A DNA stretch of 24,600 nucleotides from the IMG/VR virus record IMGVR_UViG_3300031949_000147, positions 1-24,600 of that record. One strand, 5' to 3'. Both the position numbers and the translations under genes were made by a program. The notes under the pieces are model-generated. The model was given only the letters and a program-made list of their open reading frames with translations, did no database searches and had not been told where the DNA came from. Origin of the DNA: a virus (taxonomy: Duplodnaviria > Caudoviricetes). Numbering within the stretch: the stretch's first letter is position 1; every line of letters starts with the position of its first letter. Positions 17,942 through 24,600 of the stretch are shown piece by piece.

Positions 17942-18613
17942 ATGAACACGGAAATAAAAAATAGATACACAGGCGTAGTAATTGTTGAGGCAGGTAAATA
18001 CACCTCTTTTACCGAGGCGGTTGAGGGGAACAGCGCAGACCTGACAGGCGCATACCTGAGAGGCGCATATCTCGGAGGCACAAAAATGACAGGCGCAAAC
18101 CTGACAGGCGCAGACCTGACAGGCACAGACCTGGCAGACGCATATCTCGGAGGCGCAAAAATGACAGGCGCAAACCTGACAGACGCAGACCTGAGAGACG
18201 CAAACCTGACGACAGGCGCAAACCTGACAGGCGCAGACCTGGCAGACGCAGACCTGACAGGCGCAGACCTGACAGGCGCAGACCTGACAGGCGCAAACCT
18301 GACAGGCGCAGACCTGACAGGCGCAGACCTGACAGGCACATACCTGACAGGCGCAGACCTGACAGGCGCAAACCTGACAGGCGCAAAAATGTATAAAAAT
18401 AATCATGATTTTTTCGCGGAGCTAATCCGCAGGAATCATACACTATTTACGCCAACAGAATGGGCGGCAATCGGACAAATTGTAACGCTCCGTATCTGTT
18501 GGGATACGATAATCAAACGACACAAAAAACCATCTCTGTCAATATTTAAAAAACTGGACAAACTCGGCTATGGCGAATATCTGGCAGAGATAACGGAGAG
18601 GCTAAACAAATGA
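17942..18613 (+). CDS. Pentapeptide-repeat protein
   Basis: AAGGAG RBS; [12 protein letters not shown]-terminus; 23 A(D/N)Lxx repeats. Confidence 0.9.
   Translation: MNTEIKNRYTGVVIVEAGKYTSFTEAVEGNSADLTGAYLRGAYLGGTKMTGANLTGADLTGTDLADAYLGGAKMTGANLTDADLRDANLTTGANLTGADLADADLTGADLTGADLTGANLTGADLTGADLTGTYLTGADLTGANLTGAKMYKNNHDFFAELIRRNHTLFTPTEWAAIGQIVTLRICWDTIIKRHKKPSLSIFKKLDKLGYGEYLAEITERLNK
18035..18391 (+). repeat. 15-bp coding tandem repeat (GCAGACCTGACAGGC), 23 full units plus a partial unit
   Basis: Directly visible; unit 12 has a 3-bp insertion. Confidence 0.95.
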
Positions 18614-18750
18614 AACAATATCTGATTAGGCTAAGCGACACAGACCACAAAAAACTAAAACAATTGGCACTGGATAGAAATACCAGTATGAACCAGTTAA
18701 TACTGGCAATGATTGAAAAAATATTGCAGACAGAGGAGGGTAAACTATGA
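18610..18750 (+). CDS. Ribbon-helix-helix (Arc/CopG-like) DNA-binding protein, 46 aa
   Basis: Below cutoff. ATGA overlap; [39 protein letters not shown] fits the RHH pattern. Confidence 0.75.
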   Translation: MKQYLIRLSDTDHKKLKQLALDRNTSMNQLILAMIEKILQTEEGKL

Positions 18751-18881
18751 CACTTGAGCAAAAGAAGAAGTCAAAAATGACGGTGATTGAAAAACTTGTT
18801 GACGACCAGCTGCAAAAAGAGATTGAAAAACTTGTTAAAAAAATCAAAGCCACTTATGGCCAAAAGGAAAGGCGGTTTTAA
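18747..18881 (+). CDS. Small Lys-rich coiled-coil protein, 44 aa
   Basis: GAGGAGG RBS, ATGA overlap; MTLEQKKKSKMTVIEKLVDDQLQKEIEKLVKKIKATYGQKERRF. Confidence 0.55.
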   Translation: MTLEQKKKSKMTVIEKLVDDQLQKEIEKLVKKIKATYGQKERRF

Positions 18882-19049
18882 GGCTTTTGGTATCGGAGGG
18901 TATGGCAGACTGCCTTATGACCCTTTTAAATTGAACTGGGGCGGTTTCTGTGGCTCTGGAGAGAAATTTAAGGCTTGCCTTGTCTCTGGTTTTCCCATTT
19001 CTGCTCACATTCGCCAGAAATCACGCCTAACAAAATGTGATTTTGATTT

Positions 19050-19508
19050 TCATTTTGCCTTTCTTGCCAGATACCAACGACTTATTAATATCGCATCTGC
19101 AACATTGTGATTCTTTTCTTTCGTGATTGTTTGCGCTAATCCCTTCGTCATTTTCCCTTTCCAAAGGACAGGCACAAACTCAACAGGGATTGACAGCGCA
19201 TGTAAGGTCCCGAATATCACCCCGATTGCCAGATTGAGCTTCTGCAAGCTGTCGGCGTTCAGAGACTTCCCGTATTTGCCCTGACTTCGGGCATAGGTAA
19301 ACGCAGCAGGTAGCTCTACAACTGCCTGTTGAGGGAATGGGACGTTAGGGGCAAGGCAGACATGCTTTAGCTCAACTGCAAGTGATTGCAGACGCTCCGC
19401 AATGGTTTCACCTCTTGGCTTGATAAGCCCTGAAACTTCCTTGCGTTCAAACGATATGCACCAACCACATTGCACTATTGACGGGTCTATGCCGATTAAG
19501 ATGCTCAA
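19050..19508 (-). CDS. ruvC: RuvC-like Holliday junction resolvase
   Basis: ILIGIDPS..GW, VVE, WKG, HNVADAI catalytic motifs. Confidence 0.8.
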   Translation of the reverse strand: MSILIGIDPSIVQCGWCISFERKEVSGLIKPRGETIAERLQSLAVELKHVCLAPNVPFPQQAVVELPAAFTYARSQGKYGKSLNADSLQKLNLAIGVIFGTLHALSIPVEFVPVLWKGKMTKGLAQTITKEKNHNVADAILISRWYLARKAK

Positions 19509-19510
19509 CT

Positions 19511-19651
19511 TTACCCCTCAAACTCTAAACTTCCCTGCCTGTTGACAATCTCTGCAACTGTGGCTTGCATCTCGGCAAGTGAGATTTCACCATAGTAGAA
19601 ATCCCAGAATAGTTGCCTGAAACGTAGTATGTCCTTGTGGTTATCTGTCAT
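19511..19651 (-). CDS. Small hypothetical protein, 46 aa
   Basis: GGAGG RBS, ATGA overlap; MTDNHKDILRFRQLFWDFYYGEISLAEMQATVAEIVNRQGSLEFEG. Confidence 0.5.
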   Translation of the reverse strand: MTDNHKDILRFRQLFWDFYYGEISLAEMQATVAEIVNRQGSLEFEG

Positions 19652-19965
19652 TTTATGCCTCCTGTATGGATTATATCCCAAATATCAGTGATCCTTGAAA
19701 TCATTTTTATAAAATCGCCCATTTTTTGATTTGTCATCCAGACTTTCTGGTTTAAGTGAAATATCCAGTTAAGAACCTCCTTCTTACTGTTTAACTGTTT
19801 AACATCAACATCGTAAATATAATTAAGCCCTGTGTTTATCAGGATATAATCATTCGTCTGATTATAAGATATATCACCTATCACCGGATTTTTTCTAAAT
19901 TCTTCTGCCTCTTGTAATGCCTTTTCCAAAATTTCTCTGACATCAACTACACCTGTTTCCTCCAT
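19648..19965 (-). CDS. Hypothetical phage protein
   Basis: GAGGGGG RBS before MEETG; YDVDVKQL..LNWIFHLNQKVW. Confidence 0.6.
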   Translation of the reverse strand: MEETGVVDVREILEKALQEAEEFRKNPVIGDISYNQTNDYILINTGLNYIYDVDVKQLNSKKEVLNWIFHLNQKVWMTNQKMGDFIKMISRITDIWDIIHTGGIK

Positions 19966-21653
19966 TTTGCCCCCTCTCTTTTGGTGAAATTTAAATTTTC
20001 TTCCTCTTCGTGCCACCCCTGAGCATCAGGGAAATAATGACAGCCATCTGTGAGTTTATAATTGAGTATCCATCCTCTTGGATTTATATTCCGCTGCTCA
20101 AATAGTTTTGCATCAATTATCTTAATCCTGCCCCTATCAAGCGACAAATAAAGCCTTGCCTTTTCTATGCTTCTTGCGCCTCCCAGACCAAGTTCAACAC
20201 CTACATTTTTCTGTATCGCTACAATCGCAATCCCTTTGCCAAGAGCATCAAATATATCTTTAATAGGCAAGCCTATCTCATAAAAATTCTCGTATATTTC
20301 CAAAAAATCTATAATATGTATTGCATCAGGGTTCTGTTTTATGATGTCTGCAAAATCTCTGCCCCGTTCTTTAAATTTAATTTTCCCCCATTCCCCAAGC
20401 GGATAATCATTCCCAAAACAATCTAATCTTATGCGTAACTCCTCAACTGCCATTTCAGAATTATAATAGTAAACACCTTTCTTGTGGTTCCTGTTTTGAA
20501 ATGCCGTATTGAGTAGAAAGGCTGTTTTCCCTGATGACTTGGCTCCGGCAAGTATAATTATGTTCTTAGGCATAATTTTAACCCACTTCCTTAAATCAAC
20601 CGGCATTTTTAGCGGATGAGTTTCAGTTGATACGTTTTCAATGTCCATGTCCTCGCATAGATTATCTATGCGGATATACCATCCATCCCTTGCCCCTGCT
20701 TTGATATATCCTTCAGCTTTAAGCCTGTGGAAAGCCTGTCTAATGTTGTCACGCTTTATAACGGTTGTCACACTTTGGAGCTCCTTTAACGTTTTGTAGC
20801 AGTCAAGTAACGATATGTCACGGTTTCCTAACGATATGTAACGCCTTACTTCAGCCATAATGTTCACCTCCCGATGCTCTTTGCGCTTGATTGCACTTTT
20901 GATTTTGTCTTCAAACCAAGATGCGAGATGCTCTTCCCCCCAAGATTTTGCAATGTTTTCAAGGACTTGCAGGATTGACTCGTCTTTCATCCCCCCTTTT
21001 GTAAGAGCATTCGCAACGCTGAATAAGTCTGCATCCCGGCGGCCTCTCGCAAAAAGTGTATCTTTCTTCCCCATATCTCCCCATGGAGTCCCCATGGAGT
21101 CCCCACACGCGCGCGCGTCAGAAACTACTAATACATTATTATTAAAGAGAGATAAGAGGTCTGCAGGAAGTGCTGGTATGGGAACATTTTTGATATGACA
21201 CTCTGGTAGGAAGCGGTATGCCCTGCCGTTGCCATTAACCGATGGTGCTGCAACAACATAACCACCATTGCCTCTAAAATCAAGATGCTCTGACCTAATC
21301 ATTGCTTTGTTTGAGATTTTATCATCAGGGCAACGGAAGTAATAATGCTTTCCTCCTCGTGGAGTTACTACGACCGGGCAGGCGGTTTGGTCTGGCAGTA
21401 ACTCATTAAAAAACCTGTCTGCTGATTCATCGTCTGTATCAAAAACACACAGCTTGCTTACGCCCCCTGTAACTATACCTACATTAGCATTGGGGAAGGT
21501 TTGCCACCATTTCCTGACCTCAACTTCTGAGGCAAGTCGTTTTTGATACTCTTCCCACTTTATAAGTGGTTTTTTATCCGAATTTACCGGTATAACGGAA
21601 AACTGGTATTTATGGAGATACTCAAGCGCTGCAACAAGATTTCGGTCTGCCAT
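19947..21653 (-). CDS. Bifunctional primase-polymerase (Prim-Pol) fused to a RecA/DnaB-like helicase domain
   Basis: SVIPV..KKP..W, NVGIVTG, VFDTD, TPRGGKHYYF, DFRGNGGYVVAAPS; C-terminal Walker A GAKSSGKT, NSEM, IIDFL. Confidence 0.88.
   Translation of the reverse strand: MADRNLVAALEYLHKYQFSVIPVNSDKKPLIKWEEYQKRLASEVEVRKWWQTFPNANVGIVTGGVSKLCVFDTDDESADRFFNELLPDQTACPVVVTPRGGKHYYFRCPDDKISNKAMIRSEHLDFRGNGGYVVAAPSVNGNGRAYRFLPECHIKNVPIPALPADLLSLFNNNVLVVSDARACGDSMGTPWGDMGKKDTLFARGRRDADLFSVANALTKGGMKDESILQVLENIAKSWGEEHLASWFEDKIKSAIKRKEHREVNIMAEVRRYISLGNRDISLLDCYKTLKELQSVTTVIKRDNIRQAFHRLKAEGYIKAGARDGWYIRIDNLCEDMDIENVSTETHPLKMPVDLRKWVKIMPKNIIILAGAKSSGKTAFLLNTAFQNRNHKKGVYYYNSEMAVEELRIRLDCFGNDYPLGEWGKIKFKERGRDFADIIKQNPDAIHIIDFLEIYENFYEIGLPIKDIFDALGKGIAIVAIQKNVGVELGLGGARSIEKARLYLSLDRGRIKIIDAKLFEQRNINPRGWILNYKLTDGCHYFPDAQGWHEEEENLNFTKREGAKWRKQV
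20745..20843. repeat. Phased iteron-like array A inside the replicase gene
   Basis: GTTGTCAC(G/A)CTTT x2 and TAACGATATGT(C/A)ACG x2; NT(C/A)ACG core repeated at about 10-bp multiples. Confidence 0.65.
21068..21150. repeat. Phased iteron-like array B plus (CG)5 palindrome plus AT-rich tract
   Basis: TCCCCA at 21068, 21078, 21089, 21100; ACGCGCGCGCGT at 21107-21118; AT-rich 21121-21146. Confidence 0.65.
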
Positions 21654-21655
21654 CT

Positions 21656-21841
21656 TTACCCCTTAAAAACTTTGAACCACCCCGGACAATAGCAATATGG
21701 AATGAGCATACTGTCTCTATTGCGAGCGCAATAGTTCCGGGGCGGATTAAAATTGTTAATGAATTTTTGAACACTCATTCTGTTCATCATGTTTCCAATT
21801 ATACTCCTACCTAAAAATAATGTCATTATTTTAGGGCGCAA
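21656..21841 (-). CDS. Small hypothetical protein (start uncertain)
   Basis: ORF ends 2 nt before the replicase start; three Cys near the C-terminus. Confidence 0.35.
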   Translation of the reverse strand: MRPKIMTLFLGRSIIGNMMNRMSVQKFINNFNPPRNYCARNRDSMLIPYCYCPGWFKVFKG

Positions 21842-21854
21842 GTGATTAGGATTT

Positions 21855-22034
21855 TCATTTCCCTATTATCTTCCTTACCCTTTTCTTAAAACTCGTCCAA
21901 TCCCGTATCCCGTATGTCCTGATGCTCAGGAAATAGGGCGTGCTGTATTTTTCCTTCTTCTCAATCGCTTTCCGGTAAATCTCCATAACCTCAAAATCAG
22001 ATAACTTAATGCGCTGCGATTTAATGTTTGCCAT
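21855..22034 (-). CDS. Small basic hypothetical protein, 59 aa
   Basis: Below cutoff; MANIKSQRIKLSDFEVMEIYRKAIEKKEKYSTPYFLSIRTYGIRDWTSFKKRVRKIIGK; overlaps the end of the HTH gene. Confidence 0.5.
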   Translation of the reverse strand: MANIKSQRIKLSDFEVMEIYRKAIEKKEKYSTPYFLSIRTYGIRDWTSFKKRVRKIIGK

Positions 22035-22197
22035 TATAATATCTTTCTATTTTTTCCCAGTTATTGATACTTCCTGCTGATTGTTCCTGCACTATCCGCC
22101 ATAATGTAGATTGTTTGAATCCTATTTCTTTAGCAAGGGAATTGAGAGATTGCCTTTTTAGGCTTGCCGACAATTTTTTTAAAAGTTTTTTACGCAT
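22021..22197 (-). CDS. Cro/XRE-like HTH regulator
   Basis: SLNSLAKEIGFKQSTLWRIV HTH; first gene of the replication operon; the ATG at 22197 lies downstream of the promoter. Confidence 0.75.
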   Translation of the reverse strand: MRKKLLKKLSASLKRQSLNSLAKEIGFKQSTLWRIVQEQSAGSINNWEKIERYYNGKH

Positions 22198-22203
22198 AGG
22201 AAT

Positions 22204-22231
22204 ATTATACATATCTGAATTAAAAAATCAA
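22204..22231 (-). promoter_or_regulatory. Leftward sigma70 promoter
   Basis: TTGATT-16-TATAAT. Confidence 0.65.
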
Positions 22232-22306
22232 GCTAAAAGTTATTAACAGGTTTATCTTTTTAAAATCAATGGGTTAGAAAAAAGTTAAAATAAATGAAAA
22301 TAAATG

Positions 22307-22334
22307 TTGACAAAGCTATGAAATTATGTATAAT
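22307..22334 (+). promoter_or_regulatory. Rightward sigma70 promoter
   Basis: Perfect TTGACA-16-TATAAT preceded by AAAATAAATG x2 (UP-like). Confidence 0.8.
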
Positions 22335-22340
22335 AAAAAC

Positions 22341-22412
22341 ATGAACAAAGCCTATCAGATAAAACCTCACATAGTCGCAAGACTGAGGCAAGCGTTGTTA
22401 AATGAAAGTTAA
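22341..22412 (+). CDS. Putative leaderless 23-aa peptide
   Basis: ATG at the predicted transcription start; MNKAYQIKPHIVARLRQALLNES. Confidence 0.35.
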   Translation: MNKAYQIKPHIVARLRQALLNES

Positions 22413-22476
22413 CGGGCCCTGCAAAATGTTAGCACTCACGCAGGCCCCAAAAAAAAAAGGGAGGCATGGCAATAGT

Positions 22477-22605
22477 ATGACAAACCACGAATACATAAGA
22501 CGCAAAAATTACGAGGATAGGCTTAACTGGTCTAACATAGCATGGACAATCTTTATAACCCTCGCCTTGCTTGCATTGGCAACGGCGATATATCAGGGGG
22601 TGTAA
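22477..22605 (+). CDS. Small single-TM membrane protein
   Basis: MTNHEYIRRKNYEDRLNWSNIAWTIFITLALLALATAIYQGV; the start could be 22402. Confidence 0.5.
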   Translation: MTNHEYIRRKNYEDRLNWSNIAWTIFITLALLALATAIYQGV

Positions 22606-22606
22606 G

Positions 22607-22801
22607 GTGGATTGGACAATAACAAAAAAATGCGACAAGAATTCTGATGGGTATTGGTATATTGAGAAAGAAATCGAACACATTAAGGGAGTAGACATAA
22701 CCGTAAAAATATTCAGAAACTTTAGAACAAAGGGATCTGCCGAAAAAGCAATGACAAGGGTTTTAGGGAAGATTAATTTTAAGGATATGGAGTTAATATA
22801 A
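22607..22801 (+). CDS. Hypothetical protein
   Basis: GTG start after GGGGG; 64 aa. Confidence 0.45.
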   Translation: MDWTITKKCDKNSDGYWYIEKEIEHIKGVDITVKIFRNFRTKGSAEKAMTRVLGKINFKDMELI

Positions 22802-22810
22802 TGGCAAAAC

Positions 22811-23212
22811 TTGACGGGGGAGAAAGTGAAGAATCTTTCATCTACTAAAATAGAACCAAACTTACAACAGAAAATGCTCGTGAAGCATTTCTGGTCTATT
22901 TGTGGGAAGAATAATTATAAATTTGGGAAATCAGCCCTTAATCCACAAAAGACTATTGAATTTCTTCTTAGGTATTCTCAATTCAAAATTCCCTTTCAAC
23001 ATCAAGAATCATTTCACCTTAGACGACAAAAGTTTGACAAGGTGAAATTCAAACGCCATTCCTTACGAAGTCATGTTTTTTGTTTTGCTTGCAATAATAA
23101 GGCAGAAATCAGACATCATATTATTCAACTCCAGAATGGCGGGATAAACAGCAAAAAAAATCTTATTTCACTTTGTAACCCCTGCCATGCAAAAATTCAC
23201 AACTGGCTATGA
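22811..23212 (+). CDS. HNH endonuclease
   Basis: CFAC...HHII..NGGINSKKNLISLCNPCHAKIH; alternative GTG start at 22826. Confidence 0.85.
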   Translation: MTGEKVKNLSSTKIEPNLQQKMLVKHFWSICGKNNYKFGKSALNPQKTIEFLLRYSQFKIPFQHQESFHLRRQKFDKVKFKRHSLRSHVFCFACNNKAEIRHHIIQLQNGGINSKKNLISLCNPCHAKIHNWL

Positions 23213-23901
23213 ACACGCAAGACATTTTGCAGGATAGGCTACAGTCCTTATTCCCAGTTCATCACAGAAGCGGGAATATCCTGCTGATTAATGCCGACTG
23301 CATGGATGTTTTGAAACATATAAAGGATAGAGAAATTGAACTTTGTATTGTTGACCCGCCGTATGGGATAAATGCGGGGCACGGCATAGGAAAAATTGAA
23401 AGATTGCTTATTAAAAACGGAGTCAGGAGAAAGAATGACTGGGACTCGTCGCCCCCCCCATTATCATACTTTGAAGAATTGAGGCGGATTTCTGTTAACC
23501 AGATAATATGGGGTGGCAATTATTTTCCGCTCCCCTCTCATAGATGCTATCTCGTATGGGACAAAGGGGAGTCAATGTATGGGCGGGATTTCGCCGATTG
23601 CGAGCAGGCTTGGACTTCATTTGATAAACTGGCACGGATTTACAAGCTGAATCCCATGCAACTCAATAAGATTCACCCGACCCAAAAGCCCGTAAAGCTC
23701 TATGAATGGCTCCTAAAGAACTATGCTAATAAGGGGGACAAAATTCTGGACACACATGGAGGGAGCTTTAGCCTTGCCATCGCTTGTTACAACCTTGATC
23801 TTGAATTTACAGGGATAGAACTTGATAGTGATTATTATAAGGCGGCTGTTGAAAGATTTGAAGAACATAAAAAACAAATTCGGCTGTTTAACGCCCTATA
23901 A
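23209..23901 (+). CDS. DNA methyltransferase (N6-adenine/N4-cytosine, beta class)
   Basis: DPPY, IIWGGNYF, HPTQKPVKLY, ILDTHGGS, GIELD motifs. Confidence 0.92.
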   Translation: MNTQDILQDRLQSLFPVHHRSGNILLINADCMDVLKHIKDREIELCIVDPPYGINAGHGIGKIERLLIKNGVRRKNDWDSSPPPLSYFEELRRISVNQIIWGGNYFPLPSHRCYLVWDKGESMYGRDFADCEQAWTSFDKLARIYKLNPMQLNKIHPTQKPVKLYEWLLKNYANKGDKILDTHGGSFSLAIACYNLDLEFTGIELDSDYYKAAVERFEEHKKQIRLFNAL

Positions 23902-23970
23902 AAACACCTAATACATCTATTAATATTATTGGTTTTACTTTATATAAACTTTTGTGAAAGAATAAAAATT

Positions 23971-24084
23971 ATGAACGTGACAATAGAGAAAAAAGAAGAT
24001 TGCCTATATCTCGTCAAGTTATACGATGGGGATAAGGTAATTGACTTTTGGGTTGTAGAACAGATAGAGGAAATTACAAAATGA
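23971..24084 (+). CDS. Small hypothetical protein, 37 aa
   Basis: MNVTIEKKEDCLYLVKLYDGDKVIDFWVVEQIEEITK; ATGA overlap with the next gene. Confidence 0.45.
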   Translation: MNVTIEKKEDCLYLVKLYDGDKVIDFWVVEQIEEITK

Positions 24085-24377
24085 AAATAACTGACACCTT
24101 CTATTGCAGAAAACTTGGTTGTGCCGGATATACATACAACGCCTGTCTGACAAGGCGGCAAAGCAAGATGTTGAACAGTAAGAATTGCAGATACTCTGAC
24201 TGTGCAGAGTGCGGACAGGGGAATGCAAATAAAGATAAATTCCCAAGCTGGAGATATACCAAGCCCAAAACAAAACAACACAGGATTAATTTGAGAAAAC
24301 ATAAGCAAGAGAAGAATGCAGTTACATCTTTTCCTTGCTTAGAGAGGGCAAAAAGGCAGAGGCGAGAGATAGAATAA
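24081..24377 (+). CDS. Cys-rich basic hypothetical protein (putative Zn finger)
   Basis: GAGG RBS; FYCRKL...AC...CAECGQG. Confidence 0.55.
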   Translation: MKITDTFYCRKLGCAGYTYNACLTRRQSKMLNSKNCRYSDCAECGQGNANKDKFPSWRYTKPKTKQHRINLRKHKQEKNAVTSFPCLERAKRQRREIE

Positions 24378-24450
24378 TATTGATTAAAAAAGAACTGAGC
24401 GCAAAAGAATATGAGAAACAGCTTATCAACAATATTTTAAAGGAGGCAAC

Positions 24451-24600
24451 ATGAACGAGATTATTATTACGACACAGGACAAGCTTGACAATTTAGACAG
24501 GGATATTTCTGCGATAATTATTATTGAATCAAAGCCTGACATCACCATTTTTATCGGAAATTATTTTCCAAATGGTGAGATATGGGTGCGTGGAAATTCC
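24451..24600 (+). CDS. Hypothetical protein, truncated at window edge
   Basis: AAGGAGG RBS; MNEIIITTQDKLD... open to the end of the window. Confidence 0.6.
   Translation, partial: MNEIIITTQDKLDNLDRDISAIIIIESKPDITIFIGNYFPNGEIWVRGNS

Noticed and set aside
18035-18391. CRISPR array or DGR template/variable repeat (BPP-1-like phage)
   Set aside because: Units are contiguous with no spacers; differences are not adenine-specific; no reverse transcriptase or cas gene in the window.
17842-18443. Antisense ORFs with (QVCAC)n, (SAPVR)n and (LRLSG)n repeats, including a metallothionein-like Cys-rich one
   Set aside because: Shadow frames of the stop-free 15-bp repeat; the plus strand has the promoter, RBS and a recognised pentapeptide pattern.
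18787-19110. 107-aa plus-strand ORF from the track
   Set aside because: It overlaps the better-supported 18747-18881 ORF and the convergent RuvC end, and lacks a clear RBS.
22429-22437. CIRCE half-site TTAGCACTC
   Set aside because: The second arm GAGTGCTAA is absent 9 nt downstream.
1-24600. Stop-codon reassignment
   Set aside because: TAA, TAG and TGA all end genes at sensible boundaries and core genes are intact in code 11.

Overview
The window is part of a tailed-phage (or prophage) genome with a podovirus, BPP-1/epsilon15/T7-like virion module. No bacterial housekeeping genes, integrase, tRNA, rRNA or CRISPR array were seen. From ~17300 down to 1 the minus strand carries one tightly coupled late operon: terS, terL, GNAT, a lysis-type cassette (holin-like protein, M15 endolysin, small membrane peptide, permuted papain-like amidase), a small virion protein, two signal-peptide-bearing beta-rich proteins, portal, Bbp19-like protein, scaffold, major capsid, cement, two small proteins, tail adaptor, tail nozzle, a second GNAT and three internal/ejection proteins. 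A plus-strand accessory operon (pentapeptide-repeat protein, ribbon-helix-helix protein, small coiled-coil ORF) has its own sigma70 promoter. A minus-strand replication module follows (Cro-like HTH, Prim-Pol/helicase, RuvC-like), then a divergent plus-strand early region (HNH, DNA methyltransferase, small ORFs). Most notable: exported-looking proteins inside the head module; two different helically phased iteron-like arrays inside the replicase gene; an exact 15-bp element shared by two distant promoters; mirrored leaderless divergent promoters with no cI-like repressor; strong GATC depletion. Family assignments come from motif recognition and gene order, not database searches.
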